A stretch of 64,000 bases of DNA, from contig JAFRCT010000001.1 of assembly GCA_017404245.1 (NCBI GenBank), positions 7,054 through 71,053 on the forward strand. The letters run 5' to 3'. The number at the start of each line of letters is the position of its first letter. The first letter of the stretch is position 1. Under the pieces are notes generated by a model that was not told the origin of the DNA, ran no database searches, and worked only from the letters and a program-made list of their open reading frames with translations. The DNA is from Candidatus Saccharimonadota bacterium. GTDB taxonomy: Bacteria > Patescibacteriota > Saccharimonadia > Saccharimonadales > Saccharimonadaceae. Positions 38,100 through 47,055 of the stretch are shown here, piece after piece. Made by a program: the position numbers and the translations under genes.

Positions 38100-38992
38100 T
38101 AGGCAGAGAGAGCTTGGTTAAAATCTGGTGGCAGAGTGGAGACGAACGTTTTTCTGACGCCACCAGGGAGAGTAATTTCGAGAGATTTAGCGTGCAAAAA
38201 TAGCCTTGGGACTTGCGTTTGAGGCGTGCCATAGACGCGGTCGCCCAAAATGGGGGTGCCAAGATATTTTAGGTGAACACGGAGCTGGTGAGTGCGCCCC
38301 GTAACGGGACGGAGTTCTAGTAAAGAGTGGTTTGCGTTTTGGCTAAGAACTTTGTAGTAAGTGATGCTAGGCTTGCCGTTTGGGTCGACCTGAAAGGTGG
38401 TTGGGCGCTTGAGGTTGCGCGCAATGGGCAAATCGATTTTAGCTTCGTTTAGCTTGGGACGTCCGACTACAATGGCATTGTAAACTTTGTGGGCTTTTCT
38501 TTCTTGAAACTGTTTGCGCAAAAAACTTTGGGTTTCTGGGGTTTTGGCAAGAATTACTACGCCAGAGGTGTCGCGGTCGAGTCGATGCACGAGTAGCCCA
38601 TAGTTTTCTAGAGTGGGTTCGGGGCAGTAGCTACCTTTGGCCATACTTAGCAAACCGGCTGGCTTGTCTACTACGAGCACGTTTTCATCTTCGTAGATGA
38701 TGGGGAGTGGTTTGCAATTTGTGGCTTTGTTTGAGCTAGGTACAGACAAAACTACATTGGCTGTGGCGAGGTGTTTTGAATTGGGTTTTTGAGAAACAGT
38801 GCCGTCTACCGTAACAAACCCAGAGCGGATAAAAGTTTGGAGAGTGGAGCGGTTATATGTGGGATACTTTTGTACCAATAAATGGTCGAGTCGAACCTTT
38901 TGAGGCTGATCTTCTGAGGTTTTTAACTTTATGTCGCCGTTGATTACGCGCGACATAGTGGGTTTGCTAAACTTTTTGCCAGTGATTATCAT
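38099..38992 (-). CDS. RluA/RluD-family pseudouridine synthase
   Basis: S4 domain RLD; KPAGL, VHRLDRDTSG and TGRTHQLRVH motifs. Confidence 0.95.
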   Translation of the reverse strand: MIITGKKFSKPTMSRVINGDIKLKTSEDQPQKVRLDHLLVQKYPTYNRSTLQTFIRSGFVTVDGTVSQKPNSKHLATANVVLSVPSSNKATNCKPLPIIYEDENVLVVDKPAGLLSMAKGSYCPEPTLENYGLLVHRLDRDTSGVVILAKTPETQSFLRKQFQERKAHKVYNAIVVGRPKLNEAKIDLPIARNLKRPTTFQVDPNGKPSITYYKVLSQNANHSLLELRPVTGRTHQLRVHLKYLGTPILGDRVYGTPQTQVPRLFLHAKSLEITLPGGVRKTFVSTLPPDFNQALSA

Positions 38993-40002
38993 TAGCGCAA
39001 ACCTAGTTTAGAATAAACCTTGGCAAGTTTGGCGTTTGCGACTGCGTTGGCATAGTCCTTGCCTTCTTTGAGTAGAATGGAGACATCTTCGTCGGATATT
39101 TTTGCTAGTGAAGTTTGGAACGAGGCGAGCAGACTAGCAACCGATTCGGCGACTTTTGTTTTTAGTTCGCCGTAGCGCGTGCACCCACGCCATTTGGCAA
39201 TAACAGCATCTAGCGGCTGGTTGGTAATTAGAGCTTCGATGGTGAGGAGATTGGAGATACCTGGACGAGAGGCAAAATCGTAGTCGACCGAGCCGAAAGA
39301 ATCGGTGGTGGCGGACATGATTTTTTTCTTGGCAATTTCTGGAGCGTCGCTTAGCATGATTTTGGTGTTTTCTCCAGGAGTAGACTTGGACATTTTTTTG
39401 GTGGGGTCGGATAAGTCGCGGATGCGGATGCCGTTTGAAAGCCCCATAAATGCGATTTGCGACTTGGTGTCGACTGGTACGGTAAAAGTTTCGCCAAAAC
39501 GAGAGTTAAAACGTTGGGCTAGGTTGCGTGTTAGTTCGAGATGCTGAAATTGGTCTTCGCCAATGGGGACGTAGGTGGCGTCGTATAGCAGGATGTCGGC
39601 CGCCATTAGAACTGGGTAATCAAAAATGCCTACGTTGGCCGAAGCTTTGCCTTCGCCTTTTTCTTTGTATTGAATCATGCGCGAAATTTCGCCCATGCTG
39701 GCAATGCAATTTAGCGCCCAAGTAAGCTCGGCGTGAGCAGGGACGTCGGACTGGCGATAGATGTGGACGTTATTGTTCAACGTTAGGCCAGCCGCAAGAT
39801 AGTATTTGATGGAGCGCAAAGTGTTTGTTTTTAGCGAACCGTCGACATCCGAGATGATTGAATGTAAATCGGGGATAAAAATGTTGACGCAGTAATCTTT
39901 GGAATGTTTGTTAGACAAACGCACCATGGGGAGTAGGGCGCCGAGAAAATTACCAAGAGTGAGTTCGCTGTTGACACGCAGGCCAGTGAGAATGGTTTTC
40001 AT
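38992..40002 (-). CDS. trpS: Tryptophan--tRNA ligase
   Basis: TLGN (HIGH variant), YPVLMAADILLY, GEDQFQHLE and KMSKS motifs. Confidence 0.97.
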   Translation of the reverse strand: MKTILTGLRVNSELTLGNFLGALLPMVRLSNKHSKDYCVNIFIPDLHSIISDVDGSLKTNTLRSIKYYLAAGLTLNNNVHIYRQSDVPAHAELTWALNCIASMGEISRMIQYKEKGEGKASANVGIFDYPVLMAADILLYDATYVPIGEDQFQHLELTRNLAQRFNSRFGETFTVPVDTKSQIAFMGLSNGIRIRDLSDPTKKMSKSTPGENTKIMLSDAPEIAKKKIMSATTDSFGSVDYDFASRPGISNLLTIEALITNQPLDAVIAKWRGCTRYGELKTKVAESVASLLASFQTSLAKISDEDVSILLKEGKDYANAVANAKLAKVYSKLGLR

Positions 40003-40049
40003 GCTTCCATTGTAGCATAATTTGTGTTACAATGGGAGTGTATCCTTGT

Positions 40050-40125
40050 GGGGTGCTAGCTCATTTGGTAGAGCGCTTCCATGGCATGGAAGAGGTGAGG
40101 AGTTCGAATCTCCTGCACTCCACCA
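40050..40125 (+). tRNA. tRNA-Ala(GGC)
   Basis: GGGGTGC/GCACTCC acceptor stem with G3-U70; CTTCC-ATGGCAT-GGAAG anticodon arm; CCA end. Confidence 0.95.
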
Positions 40126-40231
40126 AAAGTCAAGAAAAGGCCTGGAGGTCTTTTTTGTTGGCTTTTTAACAGAGAGATAGAGATTTGGTGCTATAATGTA
40201 GCAAAGGGGGCGTACATTTATATGGAGGTGA

Positions 40232-41017
40232 GTGAAGTTGACGACGCTAGAAGCGCTACGCGAGGCTATTCCTGGCTTTGACGACAAATGTTTTTTGTTG
40301 TATGAACGTTGGAAGTATACACTTATCCAAAAATACGTGCCCCGGAATGGCTACGTTAGATTTGGGATGTGGAAACTTGACACGGACCGCATGACGGGCT
40401 TGCTTAAGTCTAACTCGCCAGTTAGCGATGCAGACCATGTATTTGCGCTAATGAATCTGGTGCTTTGCTATAGAGACATCTTTGGCAAGTACTATCCGCC
40501 TTTGTTTGGATTCCAACCGCAGTGGGACAGTATTATGTGCGGGTTGATTTATCACGAGATTGGCGAGATTGAGATTGGCGACCTTGTTGATGACGGCAGC
40601 ACAGACCGCAAGCTTAAAGATAAGCTAGAAAGCAAAGTGTTTGATTCGTTTATGACTGGGTTTGACGACGACGTACAACGAGCAAGAAAACGTGAGTTTG
40701 CCGAACTTCAGGATGGTACCGACATTAAAAAATTGTTTGACAAGGCAGTGTTTGTTCTGGCTCAGGGATTTTTTAAGTGGATGTTCAATCTTGAAGGGGG
40801 CATGGATTATAAGCTAACGCACTATGCACTGTCTAGGCAAGATAAGGAGTTTATGCGTCTTACCAAGTCTTCGAGGCCAGTCGATAATTTATATGCGCAT
40901 TTCTTGTCGGTTTCGCAGGGGCATATTTCGAGAGGATTCTTTATGGGAACTATCGAGGCGATGTACCGTCAAGATTTTGGTTGCGAGGTGCCCGAAACCG
41001 TGAAACAATTTTACTAA
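40232..41017 (+). CDS. HD-domain phosphohydrolase (YfbR/5'-deoxynucleotidase-like), HE variant
   Basis: DADHVF, YHEIGEIEIGD, K..LE and FDK motifs; own TGCTATAAT promoter and GGAGG SD. Confidence 0.75.
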   Translation: MKLTTLEALREAIPGFDDKCFLLYERWKYTLIQKYVPRNGYVRFGMWKLDTDRMTGLLKSNSPVSDADHVFALMNLVLCYRDIFGKYYPPLFGFQPQWDSIMCGLIYHEIGEIEIGDLVDDGSTDRKLKDKLESKVFDSFMTGFDDDVQRARKREFAELQDGTDIKKLFDKAVFVLAQGFFKWMFNLEGGMDYKLTHYALSRQDKEFMRLTKSSRPVDNLYAHFLSVSQGHISRGFFMGTIEAMYRQDFGCEVPETVKQFY

Positions 41018-41026
41018 CCCCTTTTG

Positions 41027-41050
41027 CCCAGACCGATGGTCTGGGATTTT
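41027..41050. terminator. Hairpin terminator between the convergent HD and CotH genes
   Basis: CCCAGACC-GAT-GGTCTGGG followed by ATTTT. Confidence 0.75.
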
Positions 41051-42435
41051 TATTCGAAAGTGGTGGGGGCTTTTTCTTGTAGTTGGTCATTAATTGAGTT
41101 GGCGCGCTTTTCCAAAAAATCGAGGATGGAGAGAAATTCGGCGTCGCGGTCGGAGTCGGTAAAAGCCGAGGCAGATGTGCGGTCAAAATATGGACGAATC
41201 ATGGTATATTGACGCATTAGCTCTTCGCGAACCGTAAAAAGATTTGAGGTGTTTTTGAGAATGTTATCAAAAGCGCCGTGATATTTAGCGAGCGTTTCGG
41301 CAGAAGAGACGATTGTTTGCCAGAGCGGACGATAGCTTGTGGGCAGCTCTGGCTGCAGTAGCTCGTCGATGGGCCATGAGGTAAAGCGTTCTGCGAGATT
41401 GGGCCAAGCGTTTAGCCAATCGTTTTTGGCCGAATGGCCGTTATCCCACGGGTAAAGCTCGAGTTTACCGTTGTTGATGACTAGATAATAATTGTGAGCA
41501 ATGGCGCCAGTGTAGCCGTCCATATCGAAAATTAGATTTTGAGCGGCAAAATAGTTAGCGATTTCGGTTAGGTTCCAGTAGTCAGAGACCGATTTGCTTT
41601 CACATAGTGCCTTGATGGCGTTTATGACCAAAACTTCTTCGGCTGGGGAATATTTTTTGATGGCATTTTCGAAGATGTCTGGGTAGTCGGAGCTTTGGTT
41701 GCCGTGAAAAATAAGTTCCGCGCCTCCGCCGAAGCTGGGTAACTTTTCTTGGTCGAGAGTGTTTAGCTGGCCTTCTGGGAGACGTGCTTGATATTTGATA
41801 TACCTATCACGGTCAACGTTGATAGCTTCTGGCTTAAAAATAGCTGAGTTTTGAGAGAGGTTGTTTCTGGCTTGAAAGCTTGAGGAAACTTCTTCTTGCA
41901 AAATGCGTAACCCTTGCGACTCGCCGTTGATAAACACTTCGGCGTACGATGTCAACGATACGGGGACATCTGCGGCTTGAAAGATGGCTGTGGTCATGGC
42001 TTCGCGTATCCAAGAAATATCTTCGATGGGATATTTGAGGATAAGTTTATCTAGGCCGCGGTAGGTTTGAGCTTCGTTAAAATAGTTAAAAATGATTTTG
42101 TAGCTGTAAACGCCGTAATTATTTAGCTCAAAATTGTTGGCTAAAGTGGCATTTCCGTGAGTAGAGAAAGAAACATTTGACAACATTTCTCCGTCGACAG
42201 ATACGTTGACGTGGAGCTTGGGCTTATAGATGGCGTTTTCCCAAAGGCGGGTTTTGTCGGCGTCGTTTATGAAAATCTCAATTTTGTGGACACGAGAGTT
42301 ATCGAACAGGGTTTCGGCGTAGGTTCGCGTGTCGAGGGGCGGTTGATTTTGGTTCAAAAAAAGCGTACCGCCAAAAACAATTGCAAGGAGCAAAAAGCAG
42401 ATTAGATACTCGGCATATTCGCGGAGATGTTTCAT
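41050..42435 (-). CDS. CotH-family kinase-like protein, membrane-anchored
   Basis: QTYRGLDKL, SYAEVFING and DGYTG..HNYYL....YPWD motifs; ATGA overlap with the GH57 gene. Confidence 0.8.
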   Translation of the reverse strand: MKHLREYAEYLICFLLLAIVFGGTLFLNQNQPPLDTRTYAETLFDNSRVHKIEIFINDADKTRLWENAIYKPKLHVNVSVDGEMLSNVSFSTHGNATLANNFELNNYGVYSYKIIFNYFNEAQTYRGLDKLILKYPIEDISWIREAMTTAIFQAADVPVSLTSYAEVFINGESQGLRILQEEVSSSFQARNNLSQNSAIFKPEAINVDRDRYIKYQARLPEGQLNTLDQEKLPSFGGGAELIFHGNQSSDYPDIFENAIKKYSPAEEVLVINAIKALCESKSVSDYWNLTEIANYFAAQNLIFDMDGYTGAIAHNYYLVINNGKLELYPWDNGHSAKNDWLNAWPNLAERFTSWPIDELLQPELPTSYRPLWQTIVSSAETLAKYHGAFDNILKNTSNLFTVREELMRQYTMIRPYFDRTSASAFTDSDRDAEFLSILDFLEKRANSINDQLQEKAPTTFE

Positions 42436-43631
42436 GAGGATAGTCTATATTCTAAACTACGGAGGATGTTTAGAAAATACATAAATGCATCAAAAGGCGA
42501 GTCGTAAGCGGAAAAATAGGCGTGAACGTCGCCGTCGTTCCAGTATTTGGTGCACATGTAGTAGGCGTGGTCGGAAGTAGTAAGGCGGCGAAAATCAGAA
42601 AGCAATTCTTTGTTGCCAGTTTTGAGGATGCGGGGGCGGAGAGAATAAAGCGCGGTCATGGCCTCGTCTTGCATGCGATTCCCCATCCATGCGGAAAGGT
42701 CGCGCTCGGTGTCGGCCCAAGTAACTGTGTATGGATAGGAAAGCTCGCCAACTGCTGGCCTTTTAGCGGCTTCAGAAACGGTGAGAAATTGATGGTTTTC
42801 GCCGACCAACCAACTTTCTATGAGATGTTTGGTAAACTCAAAAATGCCCGTTTCTGCCCATTGGTGTTCGCCAAAGGTTTCGAAATCCATGAAGAGGTTT
42901 ACAACGTTACCTTCGGGGCCAGATGTGGCAGCTTCAAGCCAAGATTGGTATTTTTCGACGGTTAGGGGCCAATCTTTCCACTCGCGGTTAGAAAAACGAA
43001 AAGCAAGGTCGTCGGACAGGCGATAGTTTTTGGGGAGTAGTTTTAGAGATTTGGTGCCAGCGGCTTTGTAGGTGAAATTGGGCGAGCGCCATTCGAGAAT
43101 CTTGTCCCAACCTTCGACTAGGCAAGCCTTAAAGCCCATGGATTCGATAAGTTTACCCATTGAATTGTTATAGGTAAGCTCGGTTCCGCGAAAAACTTTT
43201 GGGGTTACACCAAACAGTTCTTTGAACTTGTTGAGCTGGAGCTTAACTTGGGCTTTAAATTCGTCTTGGCAATAAAAATATGACATGGAGTGGTAGTAAG
43301 TTTCGGCGACAAGTTCGACGCGTCCAGAGGCTACCATAGCCTGAAGTTTTTCGACGAGGCTTGGCATCCACATTTCGGCTTGTTCGAGCCAAACACCAGT
43401 GATACTTAGAGAAAACTTGAAGTTTGGGTGTTCCTTGAGAGCGGTTTCGAGAAGCGTAAGCATGGGCGCGTAGGACTTTTCGGCAACTTTGCGAAAGATA
43501 CGCTCGTTGTTTTGCTTGGAGTGATAGTTGCCATCAAAAAAATAGTTAACGTTGTTTGCGACATCGAAAATTGAGTAGGTGCGATAGCGCCAAGGCTGAT
43601 GGATGTGGAGATATAGGCAAATACCCTGCAA
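42432..43631 (-). CDS. Glycoside hydrolase family 57 (alpha-amylase-like)
   Basis: HIHQPWR, ETYYHS, FRGTEL, DFETFGEHQW and TTSDH motifs. Confidence 0.95.
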   Translation of the reverse strand: MQGICLYLHIHQPWRYRTYSIFDVANNVNYFFDGNYHSKQNNERIFRKVAEKSYAPMLTLLETALKEHPNFKFSLSITGVWLEQAEMWMPSLVEKLQAMVASGRVELVAETYYHSMSYFYCQDEFKAQVKLQLNKFKELFGVTPKVFRGTELTYNNSMGKLIESMGFKACLVEGWDKILEWRSPNFTYKAAGTKSLKLLPKNYRLSDDLAFRFSNREWKDWPLTVEKYQSWLEAATSGPEGNVVNLFMDFETFGEHQWAETGIFEFTKHLIESWLVGENHQFLTVSEAAKRPAVGELSYPYTVTWADTERDLSAWMGNRMQDEAMTALYSLRPRILKTGNKELLSDFRRLTTSDHAYYMCTKYWNDGDVHAYFSAYDSPFDAFMYFLNILRSLEYRLSS

Positions 43632-43633
43632 AA

Positions 43634-44872
43634 TTAACCTCGCTTGTGTTTATAGAGTTTATTATAGGATGCTTCACATTTTTTGGCAATATCGCCCCAC
43701 GAAAGTTTACGGTATTCGGCACTTGAGGAGGTGCGTAAGGAATCTTTGAGAGCAGGCGATTCGACAATGGCAAGGATTTCGTTAGCGAGTTTTTCTTCGT
43801 CCCAAAAATCATAACGGAATGAGCCTTTGAGGACTTCAGCCACGCCAGATTGTTTGGTAAGAATGAGGACATCACCGTGATGGGCGGCTTCAAGAGCGGT
43901 AAGCCCAAAAGGTTCGGAAATGGAAGACATTACGAAGATGTCGGACAGAGAGTAGATGTCGCGAAGTTTTTGCCCACGGATGAACCCCGTAAAGATGACA
44001 TTTTTAGAGATGCCTAGTTCGGCGGCTAGGCGAATGAGCTCGGGTTTTTCTTCGCCGTCGCCAGCAAATAGAAAGATTAACTTGGGATTTTTGTGAATGG
44101 CACGAGCGGCAGCGTGCAGAAGATGCGACAGACCTTTTTGGATAGTAAAACGACCGACGGTGGAGATGATGGTGTAGCCTGCGGACTTGAGAGAGTTGAT
44201 GTATGCGTAATGGTCGCGAGCAAATTCGTAGGGTTGATGGAGAAAATCTTCGTCTATGGCGTTGTAGATGACGTCGATTTTGTCTAGCGGAATATCGTAT
44301 TTGTCGTGAATGATTTGCTTGGTAGCTTCGGACACGGCAAAAATGCGGTCAGCAGCGAGAAGGCCGTTATATTCGATTTCGTGGACGAGAGGGTTTCCGC
44401 CGTTGCCGCCTGCACGGTCGAATTCGGTGGCGTGGACATGCGCAATGAGTGGAATGCCAAAGTTCTTTTTGGCAAGGATGCCTGCCTCAAAAGTGAGCCA
44501 ATCGTGCGCATGCACAAGGGCTGGCTTAAACTCCATGAGATATTTTTCGACAAAGTTGACATAGGTGCGCTGGATTTGACGAATGGAGATTTGGTCTGGC
44601 GAGACGGCGCTGGGGATTTTGACGTCGGGAATGATAAGCTCTTCAATTTTGTCGGAATCGTAGGCACCAATACCAAAACGGAAAAGCGGGTCGATGCGCG
44701 AGGCGGAGAGGACGTTCATAAACTGGATGTTTTCGTGTTTGGCGTAGTATGGGACTACGAAGTCGATATCTAAGCCGTCTTTAGCTAGGGCGCGAGAAAG
44801 GTTGAGACAAGCAACTCCTAAACCTCCAGAATTATGCGGCGGGAGTTCCCACCCTAGCATTAGTATTTTCAT
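43634..44872 (-). CDS. GT4 glycosyltransferase (glycogen synthase-like)
   Basis: GWELPPHNSGGLG, HAHDWLT, HVHATEFDR and SEPFGLTALEA motifs. Confidence 0.93.
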   Translation of the reverse strand: MKILMLGWELPPHNSGGLGVACLNLSRALAKDGLDIDFVVPYYAKHENIQFMNVLSASRIDPLFRFGIGAYDSDKIEELIIPDVKIPSAVSPDQISIRQIQRTYVNFVEKYLMEFKPALVHAHDWLTFEAGILAKKNFGIPLIAHVHATEFDRAGGNGGNPLVHEIEYNGLLAADRIFAVSEATKQIIHDKYDIPLDKIDVIYNAIDEDFLHQPYEFARDHYAYINSLKSAGYTIISTVGRFTIQKGLSHLLHAAARAIHKNPKLIFLFAGDGEEKPELIRLAAELGISKNVIFTGFIRGQKLRDIYSLSDIFVMSSISEPFGLTALEAAHHGDVLILTKQSGVAEVLKGSFRYDFWDEEKLANEILAIVESPALKDSLRTSSSAEYRKLSWGDIAKKCEASYNKLYKHKRG

Positions 44873-44920
44873 TATTTCTATTTTAGCACTTTTGTGATAA
44901 AATGAAACGGTCTTTTATTG

Positions 44921-44996
44921 ACGGGCGTAGCTCAGTTGGTAGAGCACTGGTCTCCAAAACCAGGTGTCGGGAGTTCGAGTCTCTCCGCCCGTGCCA
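44921..44996 (+). tRNA. tRNA-Trp(CCA)
   Basis: ACGGGCG/CGCCCGT acceptor stem; CTGGT-CTCCAAA-ACCAG anticodon arm; CCA end. Confidence 0.95.
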
Positions 44997-45016
44997 AACC
45001 CCGAATTGGGGATTTT

Positions 45017-47005
45017 TTATGACTTACGCAGCCGAATCGCAAACCCGCCACCAGGTGCCATCCAAATGTCGATGTAGTTATTGCGAGTAACGCTAGCGGT
45101 TTCGATTTTGATTTCTAGGGGGTTATCTCGATAGTGTGCCGAGTCGCCATCGCGATAGATTTCGGCGGTGTAGTTGCCATCGCCCAAAAATGGAAGCAGG
45201 ACACGGACTTTGTGGGACGATTCGTTGGTGACGCCGCCAACATACCAGTCGGAGGTGCGACGGTCGCGACGAGCTACAACGTAGTACTCGCCGATTTTAC
45301 CCATGAGCGGGTGAGTACGTTCCCAGTTTACGGGGACGTCTCGAATAAACTTGAAAGCAGCAGGATTAACCTGTTCGTAGAAACGGGGGCGGTCGGCCGC
45401 CATTTGCATGCCCGAGGGGATGGTTACGAAGTAGGCAAGCTGGCGAGCAAGAGTGGAACTTAGGCGCTTGGTGGCATTTTCGATGTCGAAGATGCCTGGC
45501 GTATAGTCCATGGCGCCAGCTAGGAGCCTAGTAAATGGCAATATGCAGGCATGCGAAGGAGAAATGGCGCCGCCTTCGTATTCTTGACCTCTTGCACCTT
45601 CGCGAGTAAGTAGGTTGGGGAAGGTGCGTTCAATGCCGGTGCCCTTGATTGGCTCGTGGACATCAAGGCAAATATGATATTTGGCGGCAAGTTCGAGAGC
45701 ATGTTGATAGTGTAGTACGCCAAGTTGAGAATGATGATATTCGCGTTTGCCGTCGATTTCCATCATGGAGCCTGCGTAACCAGGTTTGATATAGCGAATG
45801 CCAAGTTTTGTGCAGGCGTCGTAGGTGGCCTCTAGTTGTTTTTCGTAGTTATCGACAAAACCGACTGTTTCATGATGGCCTATGAGTTCGATGCCGTTTT
45901 GACGAGCGTAGGCAGCGACGGCTGGGAGATTACAATCGGGCATAGGGGTGATAAAATCGGTGGTTTTACCATTTTTGAGCCAATCGCCATCCCAACCGCC
46001 GTTCCAACCTTCGAGTAAGACTCCGCCAAGACCTAGCCGACGAGCGGCGTCGATGTATTCGCGAGCGTGTTCGGTGGTGGCGCCGTGGCGTGGCCCAGAC
46101 GACCAAGTCCATTCGCCAACGTACATTGCCCACCAAACACCAATAAACTTGATTGGCAACACCCATGAAAAATCTTCTTTTGGTGGGTCGTTGAGGTTTA
46201 GGGTTATGCGATTTTTAACGAGGTCGATGGCGCGGTCGGCAATCATGACGACACGCCAAGGAGTGCTCCATGGGAGTTCGACGCGCGCCTTGATTCCGTC
46301 TGAGAGAGGGGTGATGTCGGACTTAAGGGCTTTCCATTCATCGAGCTTTAAGGTCATTTCACCGTAATTGTACAAGGCGGCTTCGTGAAGGGAGATGTAG
46401 TAATCGTTGCGAAGATGGATGGTGAGCGGAGTGTGGACAGACTTTTCGAGATCGTAAACGGGGACTTTCTCGTAGTTGTATTCGTAGCGATCGGGTTGGT
46501 AAGCTGGTATTTTCCATGCTTCGGCGTTTAAGTCTATATTGAATTCGGTTAGCTCGTCTTCTATTTCGACACGGAAAAACTCTGGTTGTGGTGGCAATTC
46601 ATAGCGAAATGCGACGCCATCGTTGAATACGCGAAAGCGCAAAGTAAAGAGACGTTTTTTGCCTGATGTTTCGGCTAAATAAAAGGTAACCTCGGAATGA
46701 GAGTCGGTGACAAAATGGTCCTCGCCCCAAACGGTTTCCCACATGGTGCTGACGGTTTTTTCGGTGGTGCGGACGAGCGAGAGATAGTCGCCGAGAGGGT
46801 CGGAACCTTTAAGTTTGATGCCGAGGCGCGACTCGCGAATAATCGTGCGCTCGTCTTTAGTGACAGAATAGGAAATGTGCCCTTGGCGAACAGAGAACTT
46901 TAGGGCAACACGCCCGTCGGGGGATTTGATGTTGCGCTCGACGTCTACGCTTGGGCGACGAAAATATTCGAACCACTTCAAAAACTTTTTCTTGTCAAAA
47001 GCCAT
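45017..47005 (-). CDS. Glycoside hydrolase family 97 (SusB-like alpha-glucosidase)
   Basis: SPDG, LHEAAL, TPWRV, LLEGWN, HHET, DVHEP, REGARGQEY and MDYTPGIF motifs. Confidence 0.93.
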   Translation of the reverse strand: MAFDKKKFLKWFEYFRRPSVDVERNIKSPDGRVALKFSVRQGHISYSVTKDERTIIRESRLGIKLKGSDPLGDYLSLVRTTEKTVSTMWETVWGEDHFVTDSHSEVTFYLAETSGKKRLFTLRFRVFNDGVAFRYELPPQPEFFRVEIEDELTEFNIDLNAEAWKIPAYQPDRYEYNYEKVPVYDLEKSVHTPLTIHLRNDYYISLHEAALYNYGEMTLKLDEWKALKSDITPLSDGIKARVELPWSTPWRVVMIADRAIDLVKNRITLNLNDPPKEDFSWVLPIKFIGVWWAMYVGEWTWSSGPRHGATTEHAREYIDAARRLGLGGVLLEGWNGGWDGDWLKNGKTTDFITPMPDCNLPAVAAYARQNGIELIGHHETVGFVDNYEKQLEATYDACTKLGIRYIKPGYAGSMMEIDGKREYHHSQLGVLHYQHALELAAKYHICLDVHEPIKGTGIERTFPNLLTREGARGQEYEGGAISPSHACILPFTRLLAGAMDYTPGIFDIENATKRLSSTLARQLAYFVTIPSGMQMAADRPRFYEQVNPAAFKFIRDVPVNWERTHPLMGKIGEYYVVARRDRRTSDWYVGGVTNESSHKVRVLLPFLGDGNYTAEIYRDGDSAHYRDNPLEIKIETASVTRNNYIDIWMAPGGGFAIRLRKS

Positions 47006-47055
47006 AACCATATTATATATAATTGTCCACCAAAAAACTATGATAAAATTGAACC

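Noticed and set aside
42432-44996. Alternative genetic code (UGA=Gly, as in Gracilibacteria/Absconditabacteria)
   Set aside because: Genes are full length under code 11, and TGA serves as stop in ATGA overlaps (11482, 42432, 58600).
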